A stretch of 63,628 nt of DNA, the filler included, from Welwitschia mirabilis (taxonomy: Eukaryota), in assembly GCA_051453625.1 (NCBI GenBank). It is 7 parts of one record of this genome, joined end to end, with 100 filler letters (N's around TTAATTAATTAA, not from the genome) between each part and the next. Parts side by side here need not be neighbours in the genome. Positions count along the whole stretch, not along the records: positions 25,950 to 35,697 come from JBOZIK010000001.1; positions 35,798 to 50,486 come from JBOZIK010000001.1; 5 more parts are not named here. One strand, written 5' to 3'. Of the stretch, positions 35,183 through 50,351 are shown piece by piece (position 1 is the stretch's first letter; each line of letters opens with the position of its first letter). The notes below the pieces were generated by a model that was not told the origin of the DNA, made no database searches, and saw nothing but the letters and a program-made list of their open reading frames with translations. A program made the translations under genes and the position numbers.

Positions 35183-38100
35183 NNNNNNNNNNNNNNNNNN
35201 NNNNNNNNNNNNNNNNNNNNNNNNNNNNNNNNNNNNAAAGATTTTAAGGCTTGAAGGTTCAAGAATTATCCAAGCTCCAAAGTTTTGTAGCAAAGGCTTC
35301 TTCAAAAATGAAAGTGAGGGGAAAGGGAGAGGAAGGTCTTATCTATAACTAAGATTTGATGAAATGCGAAGGGTCACGAGAATACGAAAAGATACCATCA
35401 TAAAGGAGGGGGGTCAAAGTGGTAAAAGTTATTCATTCATAACCACCCTTATTTCATTCCTTTCGAGGCCACTAGGTGCACTTATCTTAACAATAAATAA
35501 CAATGCTCATCATGTAATTATTACAATAATAAGTAATTTTCAAACTACATAAAGCTATTTTATAGTTAAAATAGATAAAGTGCATTAGTTACAATAATTT
35601 AATCATTAAGAATCATAATGAAATTACTAAGGATGTTTAACAATGACAACATTATAACTACTACAAAATATGAGAAATTATAGCACAAAAATTTCACNNN
35701 NNNNNNNNNNNNNNNNNNNNNNNNNNNNNNNNNNNNNNNNNTTAATTAATTAANNNNNNNNNNNNNNNNNNNNNNNNNNNNNNNNNNNNNNNNNNNNTAT
35801 GTGTATTAATTACAAAAACTCTTTTCTATACATCAAATTTCAATCTTCCCCATTTCATGAACTCACATATCTTTCATAAAAGACTAGGTAAGGACCACAT
35901 AGTTGCTTTTGCAAAGGATTTCTAAGAACACAGTTGAACATACTTATAGATGGTTGAAAATCATTCAATTTCATAAGCCAAAATATCTTTTTGGCCTTCT
36001 TACTTGACCAAAATAAAAATAAGTTTTGCCTATTAAATTCATAACTATAAAATCAAACATTGCATCATAAGAATCCCTCACTCTAAATCATGACTCTGAT
36101 CTTTTATGACGTTATGTATAAATTTATGAAGTAGAAGCTTACAAATTATAAGTTTTTTATACTCTACACTCCTTTGTTATGTGCCTTTTTGTTTAATGCA
36201 TCTTCAACACTTTTGCTTATATGATGTAGTTGAATTTTCACTTCAAAGGTTAATATGCATAATGTAACATTTGACAATTCAAGGATAAAATGTGTGATAA
36301 GCAAAGAAATGTTACTAACATATCTTTCTACTTTTAATAAAGAAAAATTAATAAGACATGTACTAAGTAACTTGAAATGATTGTATGAAATTAAGTAGAT
36401 AATCTAGTCATAGAAATCTATATTTACAAAACAATTATTTCCTACAAAGAACCTATAAATTACAAAAGTTTCCTTTGAAACATAATTGGGAACTAAATTA
36501 TTCAGAAGCATTAATTACACAAAAAATGTGCTCCATGCTTAGATCTTAATAAATGAAATATTTCAAGATTAAGAAACTACTTAGATGAGCCAAATTTTCT
36601 AAACAAATACAAAATAACTTATTTAAAGCTTAAAATAAAGATAAATAGCAAAGCTTCTAGCACATTTTCAGAAAGCTAATGTCAAAGAATTATCTAAATG
36701 GCTCTAGCATCTACATATGTCATGGTGTTTTGATTAAGGTCATAAGAATTCAAATTGTGTTCCTTTATTTCTAAAATAATAAAGAATCAATTAATGCAAA
36801 TAATCGAAAATGTCAAGTAGAGGTGGAGGATCTTAATGAAAAGTCAATTGCAAAATTTTTATATACAATTGAGGGTATATATTGTCTGAGTGGCAATGAG
36901 TGAGAATATTTTATAATCATTAAAATAAAAGAAGATAATTAGTTAATTATTTCTTCTAGAATATTAAAAGAATAATTAGTGCATATATTATTAAATGAGA
37001 TACACAATTAGAATATGACACTCCACAAGGCACATGGAATGCATGGTATGATTATTATAGTCCATATGTAAATTATGATGCACTGTCGTGAAGCCTTAAG
37101 AATCTTGCATCAATTTCAGTTGGGAAAAGTAAAACATTTTAAGTGAGGCTTCTAAGGTCACTCATTTACCATAATTTTGACTACCTAGAAATCCTATCTA
37201 AGTATTAAATATTCCTAGAATTAAAATAGAGTATTGTGCATAAATGGACTCAAATCTATGATCTTTCATTTCATAAATAATTGTCTTAGCCACTTGTCCT
37301 AAGGTTTTACTTGTTAAATTTGTTTATAAAAATACCATAAATCCAATAAACTTAGTGACCATAAAGCTCAATAAAGTTTAATCATGTTGAGAAGTAAATG
37401 ATCAAATCTCCTTTATAATGAAATCCATAAACCATTTAGTACTGAAATCGTTGACTTTGTCAATAGCATCTTTATCCTTTCTTGAGAAGGGTACAATCAT
37501 ATTTATTACTTAAATGATTTCAATTTAGCCCTTTTTATTAACCTTGTATTTTCCATAATAAATATTAATAATAGTGATGTGTAATAAGGAAGGTTTTATG
37601 TAATAATGTATGACTTTATTATTGAGTTTCCTCCCACATAGTTGCAAAAGGATATTGAATAGTGTCCTGGTCATGTGATTCTCATTTATCACTGCTTAAT
37701 ACTTTCTCTGATTATCCTATAGAGTATTATGATGAGACTACTTGTACATAAACTTACCAGACTAGACGTCTCTTCAAAGGAATGACACAATCATAAAGGG
37801 AACACCAAAGATCTGTGAGTGGCAGCATTCTTAATGCATGAATTTAAGTTGACTACCATTTCTTTGAAAGTGATAAACATTTGATTAAATCTTAATAAAA
37901 AAAATAAAAAAGTGCTCATTCTAATACCATAGTGCTTAGCACTGCTCTCAAGTATGATGCCTCACATGCTTGCTAATGGTATGCTTTCATGTTAAGCAGT
38001 GTTACCATGAATTACTATATTCAAGGCTAAACTAGAGGCATCGCAAAAGGCTAATGTATCATGAACCTTACATTAGGTAATTCTCTTCATTCACCAGCAA

Positions 38101-39039
38101 TACCAGAGTAATTCTCTGCATTCAACAGTAGTACCAAACACAAGCAATATTTTATAATCAAAACACAGACTTCTTATCCATTATAATAATAATCTTATTA
38201 GAAGAGTAGAGCTTTACTAATAAAGCTATATTTTTGATCAAATGATTTAGTTAATTATGAATAAAAACTTAAATGATTTAGCTATCTTTGATTTTCCCAA
38301 CATGAGTGATTCTTTTCTTGAATAAGGGATCTCAACTGTGAAGTCGCTACATTGACTATTAAAATAGTTGAGTTCTAAGACAATTATATTTACTAATAAC
38401 TTCTTCAGCCTCATATAACATAGGCACTCTAATTCTTCCTAACAACACTGTTAAAAACATTTGATTATACATACTGAATTACAAAAGCTAAATGTAGTAA
38501 TGAAAAAGATAGTTGACTTTCTCCATTTCTTATCTGAAAGGGAAAGTCTATCATAATAAATAAAACTATTTATTTTTCAAAGAAATAATGTTAATGTAAA
38601 TCTCAAGTAGTAGTGATAGTATGAAAAGGTTTACAGTTCCTTTTTTTAAAAGTCAAAATACCCTGTGAAGATGCACAAGAAAATACTAGTAAAAGGAAAT
38701 GGAGGACTCTAGACAGGACTTATCTAAACTTATGGATATCTCCTATTAATGGAGTCATGGGTCAAGCAGTTTAAAGCCACTAGTCAAGTAGTTTGAAGTT
38801 GTTTTCATTACCACATCCTTCTCTATGTGGTATGATGTACCTCCTCTTAACCATGGCATGATCATGGCATTCATGGGCATACTCATGACTAATGAAAATT
38901 CTAATGCATGGATTCTCCACTCTAATTGTTTTGGTTTATTCCACTTGTAGAATTTAGAAATTTCATTCTACTTAAGTACCCGCTGAATCTTATACTCAAA
39001 TGATCTGCTCCCGTCTCATCTGGTTTACTTCACTTGCAG

Positions 39040-39240
39040 AACATCCACTATTTGAGCTCGCTTCTATTACAATTTCATTAAGATTCAAACATCCATTATT
39101 TAAGCCTCCATTTATTGTTATTACCTCATTTCATTTATTCTGCTTACAAGACCTAGTAATTTGGTGAAGATTCAAGTGTCCACTGTTTAAGATTACTTCT
39201 ATAGCAATTTTGTCAAGATTCAAATGCCTGCTGTTCACTT
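39040..39240. repeat. Degenerate ~48-bp direct repeats
   Basis: (C/T)(A/G)TCCACT.TTT.AG...CTTCTAT..CAATTT....AAGATTCAAA recurs at ~39042, ~39090, ~39177 and ~39225. Confidence 0.6.
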
Positions 39241-42200
39241 TTGGAAATTCATTCAACAAAAATACTAGAGGCAATGAAGCACGAGCATTGCATTTAAGGG
39301 GATAAGGCATTAGAGTTTCAGAAATGGAGCTTTGTATGTCACGAATACAAACACAATTCTAAGGTTTTGTTAGATAATAGACTAAAGTCATCTGCTACAT
39401 CTTCATTTTACAAAAGAGTTGAATATGTCTGGGNNNNNNNNNNNNNNNNNNNNNNNNNNNNNNNNNNNNNNNNNNNNNNNNNNNNNNNNNNNNNNNNNNN
39501 NNNNNNNNNNNNNNNNNNNNNNNNNNNNNNNNNNNNNNNNNNNNNNNNNNNNNNNNNNNNNNNNNNNNNNNNNNNNNNNNNNNNNNNNNNNNNNNNNNNN
39601 NNNNNNNNNNNNNNNNNNTGGTTTATGTTATTTTTTAGATCAGGCATTTCATATGTGACCTATTTAGTCTCTGGATCATCTTATGTATATATCAATTAAT
39701 GTTTTTAATCTCAACATCTTCATGTTTGGCATTGATCTTTCTGGGTTGTAAGAGCATACTATTATGTCTTCTCTGAATATGAATACTATGAAATATTTTT
39801 GATGTTCATTTCTGGCCCTGAATGACTAATTCTTTAGGTAGGAAAATAGATCCTTTCATATTTCTTCATAAACATGATCAGTACACTAAAGTATTAGTGT
39901 TGAAATCCCATTTTATATTCACAATTAAAGGCTTAAAAACTGATCACAGTTCCTTAGCTATTATGGAGATATATTCTATTGAAAATCTATTGGACTAGTT
40001 TGAGTGATTAGTATTTTTGTTGATATTAATTGCATGGGTTGACGGTGTGTTAATCAATATTCATGTGGTTTCTCTTCTTTGGTAAGGATTTCATCCATTT
40101 TTTGGAGATGAAGATTACCTTCATTCTAAAAAATTATTAAAGATCCTTTTTATATTGGATTACCTACCATAATGTGCTTGCCCTAAACTTCAAACTACAT
40201 TTGTTTCTTTTGCAATCTATTCTTCTTTGAAATTCATTATTGGTATGTTACCTTGAGAGTCTGCACAAGGGTGTTTTATGTTGTGGGTGTGGAACGATTT
40301 TGAACTTCACTACAGGGTTATCTCTTAATTAGTTAATTGTTTGGGCTTATTTAGTCTTTTCAGCCAGAATCCTTGCTTTGATGATAAAATCCATAGCCAT
40401 TGCAAGGAGCTCTTGGCATTCTAAAAGTTTATATTATTCTATTCGTTTTTAGTTTTTCTTGTCTTTATATTATTTAATGTTTAAGGAATCTTTCTGTCTC
40501 ATGAGTGATTATCTTATCTCAAGCATATAACATCATTTTAAGCATATTTTATTATTTCAAGTTTAAAAAGATTCTAGTATTAATTATTCAATCATGAATG
40601 AAGCAATGTATTTGTTTTAGTTTTTATATTATTGTGTCTCTTAACATCTTAAACTTAGGTCACCACTTATGCAAAACATAGATTCTAAGCCATCAAAAAA
40701 ATTCTCTACATCTATGAACATCCTACAGAATTTTTCTGTTCATGTAATTCTTTTCATCAGGGAACACTATTTTGTGGATGGATTTTAAAGTATGTCCATA
40801 CCTGGGACTTACTACATTATTATTTCATGGAATTATTTCATCACCCCTTTATTTTTTATTACTATGAGCATAGTAAACAACGTCTGAATGTTATATAATG
40901 CTATGTCATTTAGTCAAGGTTTTTTTGAGTACCTTAGAACTTAAAAACAACATACATCCTTAACCTATTGATAAGTCTTGAGATTTTTAGTAAAGTTAAT
41001 TCTTAAATTTTAGTAACTAAACATTATTAACTATGTGGATTCATTTCCTTCTGTTGTATATGACGAATTATTTAGAATTTCTGAATTTAGTGCATATGTG
41101 CTTTGGAAAAGCTGCAATTTGATTACTAATGTCTATTCCAAAGTGTTTTATGATGTCTTAGAAGTCATAAGCTACTAAATTAGTGTACCTGTTTACTATT
41201 CAAAACCATTGCTTTGCATCAACACCTCTTTGGTGATTTATTTCGGTAAAATATCACATATAAGCATCTAATTTCTTTATTCTTAATTCATGTGTTTTTA
41301 TTCTTTATAGTTATCTGATGTTAAACAAAGATCATGTTCAGATGATATCATCCTGCTTATATGCTTGATCTTATTCAATAATATGTATTTTCCCTTTTCT
41401 TTTTTTTCAATAGTCCGCATTTTCAATATTTTGCGTTCTGTGGGTAATCATCCCAAAAGAAAATTTTTGAATGTGGAGCTAATGCCTTAGACTATGAGGG
41501 GTTTCACAAACCATAAATTTTGTTGACTACACAAGCAAATGAATAAGGCTCCATTTTAACCCTACTTTATAATTTGAGCATTGTTAAGGCCTTACCACTT
41601 ATAAAAGTTAGTCATACTCTTTTTCTTATGTTTCACATGGAGCTTGTGCATTCCAAATTAAATTTTTAATTAGCTACACTATTGCAGTTAATGATTGGAA
41701 AAAGATTTCAGCTTTGAGAAATTGTGAACCACATTCAGCCATGTATAACTGCCACAATTACTAAAATAGATTATTTAATTCTATAGGGCCTCAAAGTTAC
41801 TAAAAGATTTAAATCTATAATGTCTTAAATAGAGAATAACTGACCCATCAATGGGACTATTATCCCATGGGTGATGTCTTTTTAATATGGTTATAAAGAT
41901 GATTCTTGTTCTAAAAATCAAGTTTAAATTTTATTTGATATATGTATGACTTTAGTTCTAGATTGTAATTAGAGAATTTTTGCATGTGCTTGAGTACTTG
42001 GATTCTTATTACTATCTAGTTATTCATTTACATTAGTTGTTTATCATTTGATACCTAAATGTTCTAAATGACAAGGCTAAATAGTAAGAATAATTTTCCT
42101 TGTTATTTGACTTAGTTATCATAATATGTTGTGTCTTAATAATAGATTTATATGATTGTTATACAACATGATTCTACTTATCTTATATGAAGATACATGT

Positions 42201-45200
42201 TTTGAGACACATTATAGAAATTAAGAATTTAAAAATCATAATAAACATAGTTAATGATGTATAAAATTAAAAATTCTTGCACATTTGTGGAGCAATAGTC
42301 AAAATTATCATACACCAATAAAATAGAATCTTAATCACAAATCTTGATAGGAGAAGCACCTATTAATTTTTGTTTATGTGTAAGGAATTCATTGGAATTT
42401 TAGGATACTGTATAGCAAGAGCTTAAGTAATATGCAAAATAGAAGTTATTGTTCAAACAAGGATAAGACTTATGTTTATGATAATCTTCATTATGGCCCA
42501 AGCCTATTTTATCATATTATCATTGAACAATGAAATCTAAACAATGAAATGTTAATCCCAAAATGTAGATTGTGATACCTAACATCTAAAACCACTTTAA
42601 CATGTATTATAGTTTGGAGTATTGAGGTTTATTGAGGACCTCTTACCTTATGTTCATCAACATCTTGGATCATGTATTTTTTTTTGGTTTTTGTTTTGGA
42701 TTTATATGTTTAAAGGATTATAGCTTTTAATTTTGACTTTTATGAAGTATATAGCTTTTCCTTTTTAAGCAATTACCTTGATAACAAATTAAAATATATT
42801 TGTTTTTGTTTAACACAAATTCTAATAGCAACACTTCATCTATTATAGTTAAGGATGTTTGCTGAATTGTGAATATAACTAACTTAGAGTTTCATTTTGA
42901 CAAGTTACTTTTAAAATATGCAAAGATTAATTCTATTATTGGTGAGTCATACACTTCATTAATTCCAAAGTTAATAGGATGAGAATCATAATGTTCTATT
43001 ATTAAATGGAGTTCTAAACCATGTAGATTGATACTCCAATAGCTGTATAGTTAGAAGCTGGAATGCCAAATCACATTACAAGAAGTATGGTAGTCAATTA
43101 TGTTATGATAAGTATAATAACTAAATTAAATTATTAATTTATTAATTAAAATTATTATGAGGTATTCCTTTATCATGAAAACTAGCTTTTATGGAGCATG
43201 TCCAAACTATGAGAATGGGTAAAATAAGGATATTAAAGAAGCATCTGCCAGATTAAATAAAAGTATCAAGTTTAATAATGTAAACCATTTAAGATAAATG
43301 TGTATCAGAAAATAGTAATGACAAGAGTNNNNNNNNNNNNNNNNNNNNNNNNNNNNNNNNNNNNNNNNNNNNNNNNNNNNNNNNNNNNNNNNNNNNNNNN
43401 NNNNNNNNNNNNNNNNNNNNNNNNNNNNNNNNNNNNNNNNNNNNNNNNNNNNNNNNNNNNNNNNNNNNNNNNNNNNNNNNNNNNNNNNNNNNNNNNNNNN
43501 NNNNNNNNNNNNNNNNNNNNNNNNNNNNNNNNNNNNNNNNNNNNNNNNNNNNNNNNNNNNNNNNNNNNNNNNNNNNNNNNNNNNNNNNNNNNNNNNNNNN
43601 NNNNNNNNNNNNNNNNNNNNNNNNNNNNNNNNNNNNNNNNNNNNNNNNNNNNNNNNNNNNNNNNNNNNNNNNNNNNNNNNNNNNNNNNNNNNNNNNNNNN
43701 NNNNNNNNNNNNNNNNNNNNNNNNNNNNNNNNNNNNNNNNNNNNNNNNNNNNNNNNNNNNNNNNNNNNNNNNNNNNNNNNNNNNNNNNNNNNNNNNNNNN
43801 NNNNNNNNNNNNNNNNNNNNNNNNNNNNNNNNNNNNNNNNNNNNNNNNNNNNNNNNNNNNNNNNNNNNNNNNNNNNNNNNNNNNNNNNNNNNNNNNNNNN
43901 NNNNNNNNNNNNNNNNNNNNNNNNNNNNNNNNNNNNNNNNNNNNNNNNNNNNNNNNNNNNNNNNNNNNNNNNNNNNNNNNNNNNNNNNNNNNNNNNNNNN
44001 NNNNNNNNNNNNNNNNNNNNNNNNNNNNNNNNNNNNNNNNNNNNNNNNNNNNGTCTGAGATCCCTATGAATCTATAGATCATTGAAGAGAATCATACCCA
44101 CCAAATATATGTTAAAATATTTATTATTTCAATAAAGTAAATACAATTAAAAAAAATTCTATGTTTATTAACATTATAGAAAAAAATGTTTTACAAATGT
44201 AGACATAGTGAGCATTTCTTTAAAAAGGTAGACTTAAGTTAAAAACAATCTTTCAAACAGTGAAAAGGATGGCTCAGAGTTCTAATAAATCAAATACAAT
44301 AAATGGGTTGCAATTGCAATGTATAGAAAATGTGCTTCAAATAAAAGATTAAGATGGTCACAGAAAAATGTAGTCTTCATAAAACCCTTTTCTAAATAAT
44401 TTAAAAGCCATTTGGAAAGTCAATAAAACTAGATATAGTAGAAAAGAGTTAATAGGTAAAATGCGGTTAGCACAATTGGCTAAAACATTGAATTAATAAG
44501 TGATAATAAAATGCAAAAAATAAAAACAAAAAGGATTTCAGCTTCTAAAATTTTTTTTGTTTATGAAAAATTGCATGCAATTGGTTAAAACATGTGTTAG
44601 TTTAGATTGCCTAATGATTTGTTGTGTATATCCTTAGTTCATTCCATTTTTCTTTAAACAAAGCCCAAATAAGACTAGTAATCATAATTTGGATTGGAAT
44701 GATAATTATTAGGTCAAAATTATATGCATATACAAAATATCTATACTACTAGTTTATTTAGATAATAATTATATAACTATAATTGGGCTATGAAGATCTA
44801 AATAAAACTGCCTATAAAGGGGGGAGAAATAAAGGGGAAGAAAATCCAAGTTTTTTNNNNNNNNNNNNNNNNNNNNNNNNNNNNNNNNNNNNNNNNNNNN
44901 NNNNNNNNNNNNNNNCTCAAACTACATTAAATTCATTCCAATTATATGATTTATGCTATATAAGCTTAGAAATATTAAAATTCAATATCAAAAGAAAAGA
45001 GTGAGAAAGAAAACTGGCTAATGAAAAGTAGTCTTGTAAATAAATGATTTGTTCAACTTAGAAAAACAAGCAACAGGACACTAAACCTATAGCATAAAAA
45101 CAAGGTTTAAAAACTCATACACGAAGTAAACTTACATTGGTAAGTAAATCAAGTATTTGAAAGGCAGACATAATTGGTAAATAAAAGTAGGGATGACCTC

Positions 45201-46899
45201 CACATTGTAGTGGCTCATAAACCTTAAATAATCAAATGTCAATATGTAGATATACATCAAACTCAGAGACCCAACATTCATGAGACAAGCACTCATTGTG
45301 GGTATGCTTATAATAAACATGAGGGGTAGGTGTTCTAGTAAAGTGGCAATTCTAGCTAACATAATGACACAATGAACAACTTTTTAAAACATTCATACCT
45401 CTATATGAAACATATATTTGAAGCATTTACAATTTGAATAATTGGGATGCAAAGGAATACAATCCAGTTTGGTTTATTACCTATTGCTATTTAAAGAGGG
45501 GTAGATGTTTAATAAAGGAAATGATATCTATTGTAGAGATATTCATTATAAAACATCTTATGAACTAAAAATTATGATTAATCTTATTTGGCTAAACGAT
45601 ACCTGCAAAAAATTTATCTAGATTTGCCTTTAAAAATTAAAGAAAGTAAGTATGACACCTAGACTATGAATTTGAGAAATACCATGCTTGCATGGTGCGC
45701 TTGAAAACTATTTAAAAAGAAATTTATTGTTTTTTAGTACATGTGAAAAAATATCTACTTTTAATGGAATGTTAACTTGTGGATGCACTTTATATGAAAA
45801 TTGAGATCAAAACTAAAGTTGATAATAATAACTTCAATAGTGATTTTGAGATTGTTCCAAATAAAATGAAAGGAAAACCTTTAAACAAGACATTTTCAAT
45901 AGCTACAAGCATCAAAAAATAATTTTCAGAAAAGTGCATTGACAATAATTCTTTCATGTACTTAAAAAAGGATGTAAAAACAAAATGATTAAAGTTCAGC
46001 TGTAAAAAGAACAATTAAAGATCAATGTCTTTCTTTTTGTACTTTGATTGTTATTGCAAATTATGTCTTTGGTGGATTTTTATGCACACAGTGAAGATCT
46101 AAGAAAACAAAGCAAGGATTTACCAACATGATCTAAAAGAAAAAAAACTGCTTGAACTACACATTCAATGATTACGTTAATGAAGAAACAGATTAAGAGA
46201 ACTATCCCTAAAGTAGTGAAGTAGAATGTAGTGTGTAAAATTCTAAAGGTAAAAGCTAGACATATCTTAGGGCCATAAATCTAGACCTCTGGTTTTGCAC
46301 AATAGGACATGACTTAGAGGCAACAGGGTACCCACTCAATATACACTAATGTACATAACACTTCACAGATAACACCTTACATGAAGATACAATGGGAATC
46401 TTAGACTAACATATACTTTACTTCAAAGACATGAAGTGGATCCTAAGGAGTTCCTAGCATGCCTTTTTTGTAGTATCTTTATTTTACAACACTACTTAAA
46501 AGTTCATTTTCTTTATATGAAGAACTTATATCACCAAGACTTGATTCTAAATGGAGTATCATCCAATTAGTAAAGGGTAGAAGCATAATATACCCAAAAG
46601 ATTTAAATGGGTTTATAAGGAAAACCATCAATTCCTACTAGGATAACAAAAATAGGTGAGCAAAAATTCAACACATTATGAACTTGTTTTGATAGGAGGC
46701 ACTTATAAAATAATCATTGTCTAGTTGTTAGCATACCAACCTATTCTAAATCAATCATAAGGTTTAATCACGTACATGCTATTATAAGCATCTGACATCA
46801 CACATGTAACTCTTACAAAAACTTATTCTAAATTGACTGGTGTAGGGATATTTATGCATGTAAGACCCTACAACTATCCTATTTTTCCCCATCTTGGTG

Positions 46900-49800
46900 G
46901 CAAAGAAGCAACTAAGACTTTGTACTAGAAAAATGATGAGAAGATGACCAAATTTAAAAAAGTAGGTTTGTTACATTGAAACTGTTATGTTATTTAGATA
47001 CTAAGAAAATGATTGATTATCATAACACCACTAAGAAAATCACAATGAAAAATTAAACTGATAAGTGATAACAAAATGTATAAAATAAAAATAAAGTAGT
47101 AGACTATTGTAAATAGCAATAGAAATATGGAAAACAAAAAGTAGAGAAAACAATAAAATGGAAAAACAAAACCAGCAAGCTAAATACACACATATTTAAA
47201 TAAAATACCTTTAATCTAAATTTCTCTTGTAAGAGTCATCTAAGTGGAATGGAATCCTCTTGCTAGANNNNNNNNNNNNNNNNNNNNNNNNNNNNNNNNN
47301 NNNNNNNNNNNNNNNNNNNNNNNNNNNNNNNNNNNNNNNNNNNNNNNNNNNNNNNNNNNNNNNNNNNNNNNNNNNNNNNNNNNNNNNNNNNNNNNNNNNN
47401 NNNNNNNNNNNNNNNNNNNNNNNNNNNNNNNNNNNNNNNNNNNNNNNNNNNNNNNNNNNNNNNNNNNNNNNNNNNNNNNNNNNNNNNNNNNNNNNNNNNN
47501 NNNNNNNNNNNNNNNNNNNNNNNNNNNNNNNNNNNNNNNNNNNNNNNNNNNNNNNNNNNNNNNNNNNNNNNNNNNNNNNNNNNNNNNNNNNNNNNNNNNN
47601 NNNNNNNNNNNNNNNNNNNNNNNNNNNNNNNNNNNNNNNNNNNNNNNNNNNNNNNNNNNNNNNNNNNNNNNNNNNNNNNNNNNNNNNNNNNNTAATACTA
47701 CTTGCTTTTAGCCTTAACAAAGGCTACCCTTGATAATCTATATCACCCAAGAAATTGTCACCAGATCAATGGTAACATAGACTATAAGGATAATCAAAAA
47801 ATCTAACACATAAATATGAAAACACAACAAAACTACATTTTTGTATTAAAAATTAACAAGCATCTTGGTTACAAAACAGCCAAGTCTCAATGGAGGATAC
47901 ACAGCCCTCTGTCAAGTGCATGTCTTTCTGCAACACTCAAGATGGATCTCTCACCCTTTAATATATTATCACGAGAATGTCTAGTGCAACAAAGATGAGA
48001 AGGAGAGTCAAAGAAAAAGTTATTTATATGAAAATATAGTAAAAAAGAATAAATGATAGGTGTGGAAAGACGTGTTCATTTACAATTTGGAAACAGACAA
48101 AACAGTTACGGATCGCTATTAGAGTCGGTTATATATCAGTGTCATTCAGGCTATCATCTGGATGACAGCACATTACAAATGATGACTCAAAATGATTCAT
48201 TGGACCACATCAGTAGTCGTCATCCTGCCTGTTGAGGGGACTCCATAGGGGAGGATGATCTTCTTTGATTATTTTCTTGGAGAGATTTTAGCCTTTTTGT
48301 CAAAAATTCTTCTTCAAAGCACTATGCATTATAAAGTGCCTTTAATATGCAAATCTAGATAATAATCACACATTTTCTAGATTTTCTCTTATATCTCTAA
48401 AATCCTTAAAATTGAACCTAAACCTGTATAAAGTTCTACAAAATAACTCATAAAACCCCATCTAATAACCTTAAATTGGCAACGCAACATAGCCCCCCAC
48501 TTAGCCTTTGTTAGTCCCTGACAAAATTCAAGTGGAAAAACCATTATTATGAGCCAATTTGTTTTTCAAAAGATAAATCTAAAATTTATAAAGTAGGCTC
48601 ATAAGACACATTACATGGATCAATAATAATTAATGCATAATGTGTATGTAAATTTTGAAAATTTTATCTCATGAAAGATCTTATTTAAGTTAAAAATTTT
48701 TGAAAATGAGCCACAAAAATGGGTCTCTACCCTGCCATAAATAAAAAATAATATGTCCTATATTGGAAAATAAAGTAAAGAAAGTAGACAGAGTAAGAAG
48801 GTAGGTAAAGGATGGTGAGAATGAGGACAATTTTCAAAACGAAGTTTAAAGCTGGGNNNNNNNNNNNNNNNNNNNNNNNNNNNNNNNNNNNNNNNNNNNN
48901 NNNNNNNNNNNNNNNNNNNNNNNNNNNNNNNNNNNNNNNNNNNNNNNNNNNNNNNNNNNNNNNNNNNNNNNNNNNNNNNNNNNNNNNNNNNNNNNNNNNN
49001 NNNNNNNNNNNNNNNNNNNNNNNNNNNNNNNNNNNNNNNNNNNNNNNNNNNNNNNNNNNNNNNNNNNNNNNNNNNNNNNNNNNNNNNNNNNNNNNNNNNN
49101 NNNNNNNNNNNNNNNNNNNNNNNNNNNNNNNNNNNNNNNNNNNNNNNNNNNNNNNNNNNNNNNNNNNNNNNNNNNNNNNNNNNNNNNNNNNNNNNNNNNN
49201 NNNNNNNNNNNNNNNNNNNNNNNNNNNNNNNNNNNNNNNNNNNNNNNNNNNNNNNNNNNNNNNNNNNNNNNNNNNNNNNNNNNNNNNNNNNNNNNNNNNN
49301 NNNNNNNNNNNNNNNNNNNNNNNNNNNNNNNNNNNNNNNNNNNNNNNNNNNNNNNNNNNNNNNNNNNNNNNNNNNNNNNNNNNNNNNNNNNNNNNNNNNN
49401 NNNNNNNNNNNNNNNNNNNNNNNNNNNNNNNNNNNNNNNNNNNNNNNNNNNNNNNNNNNNNNNNNNNNNNNNNNNNNNNNNNAAACTATGAAAGAAAATA
49501 AGAAGAATGGACATAAGATAACATAAATAAAAGATAGCTTACTAATCTGATATTTTAACCTAGTAGACTCCCATAAAAAAAATCGTAACATCACTTGATG
49601 TAAAAAATGCATGACCTAATGTACAAAAATAACATTCGATAAGACAGTGATTATGATGATGCTAGAGAAAAATGCTTTAAACAATAAATGATCAAACAAA
49701 GAATTGCTCAAAAATGAACTCTTCTCCTATCATATCAAAACAAACATCTAAATATCAAGAAATGAAATAATTATGTAGAAAGACTAAGAGTCTAGAAAAC

Positions 49801-49900
49801 AAGCAATGCCTCTGATGACACCAAGAACACCACTAATCCCCTAGCCTTAAAGTTTAAATACAATTTTATTATCCATGATGAGGGAACTAAAACCAAAGTC
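46900..49900 (-). mobile_element. Athila-like gypsy 3' LTR (LTR starts at 48489 and runs leftwards) plus 3' internal region
   Basis: The minus strand reads GGGACTAACAAAGGCTAAGTGGGGGGCTA|TGTTGCG, an Athila-type PPT/LTR junction (48489-48520). A second G-rich tract lies at ~49840. Outer limits are uncertain because of gaps. Confidence 0.55.
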
Positions 49901-50248
49901 AGAGAAGTAAGGACTCGTGAAGCATGGCCAACTGACCTCCCAGTGGAGTTCCCACAGCTACCATATTATACTATCAAAGGCTCCTCTCAGAAATATTTGC
50001 CCCGGTGTACTTGCAGTAGGATATCATGGTGACCATATTTTTAAGATAGTACAAATAGAAAATATTATGGTATTTATTTCATCCCTTTTTTTTCAAATAA
50101 AAAAAATAACTTTCTACATGACTAAACATTTCAAAAGAAAAAAGTGAGTAAGATTAAGACTATAAAAGAACACTCTTAAACAATCTAAGACCTTTTCACC
50201 ATTTAGAAAAACATAAAAAATAAAGCATTTTTCTTCATTGAAGTCCAT

Positions 50249-50351
50249 GGATGTGTGAATGTCTTAAGATTGAATAAATCCTATCTTATCACTGAAATGC
50301 GGATGTGTGAATGTCTTAAGATTGAATAAATCCTATCTTATCACTGAAATG
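50249..50351. repeat. Perfect 51-bp tandem duplication with 1-bp spacer (possible gap-filling artefact)
   Basis: GGATGTGTGAATG...CACTGAAATG at 50249-50299 and 50301-50351. Confidence 0.9.

Noticed and set aside
46880-46905. Possible Athila tRNA-Asp PBS (TTCCCCATCTTGGTGGCAAA), implying a shared-LTR tandem
   Set aside because: Too many mismatches to the expected PBS, and no gag follows.
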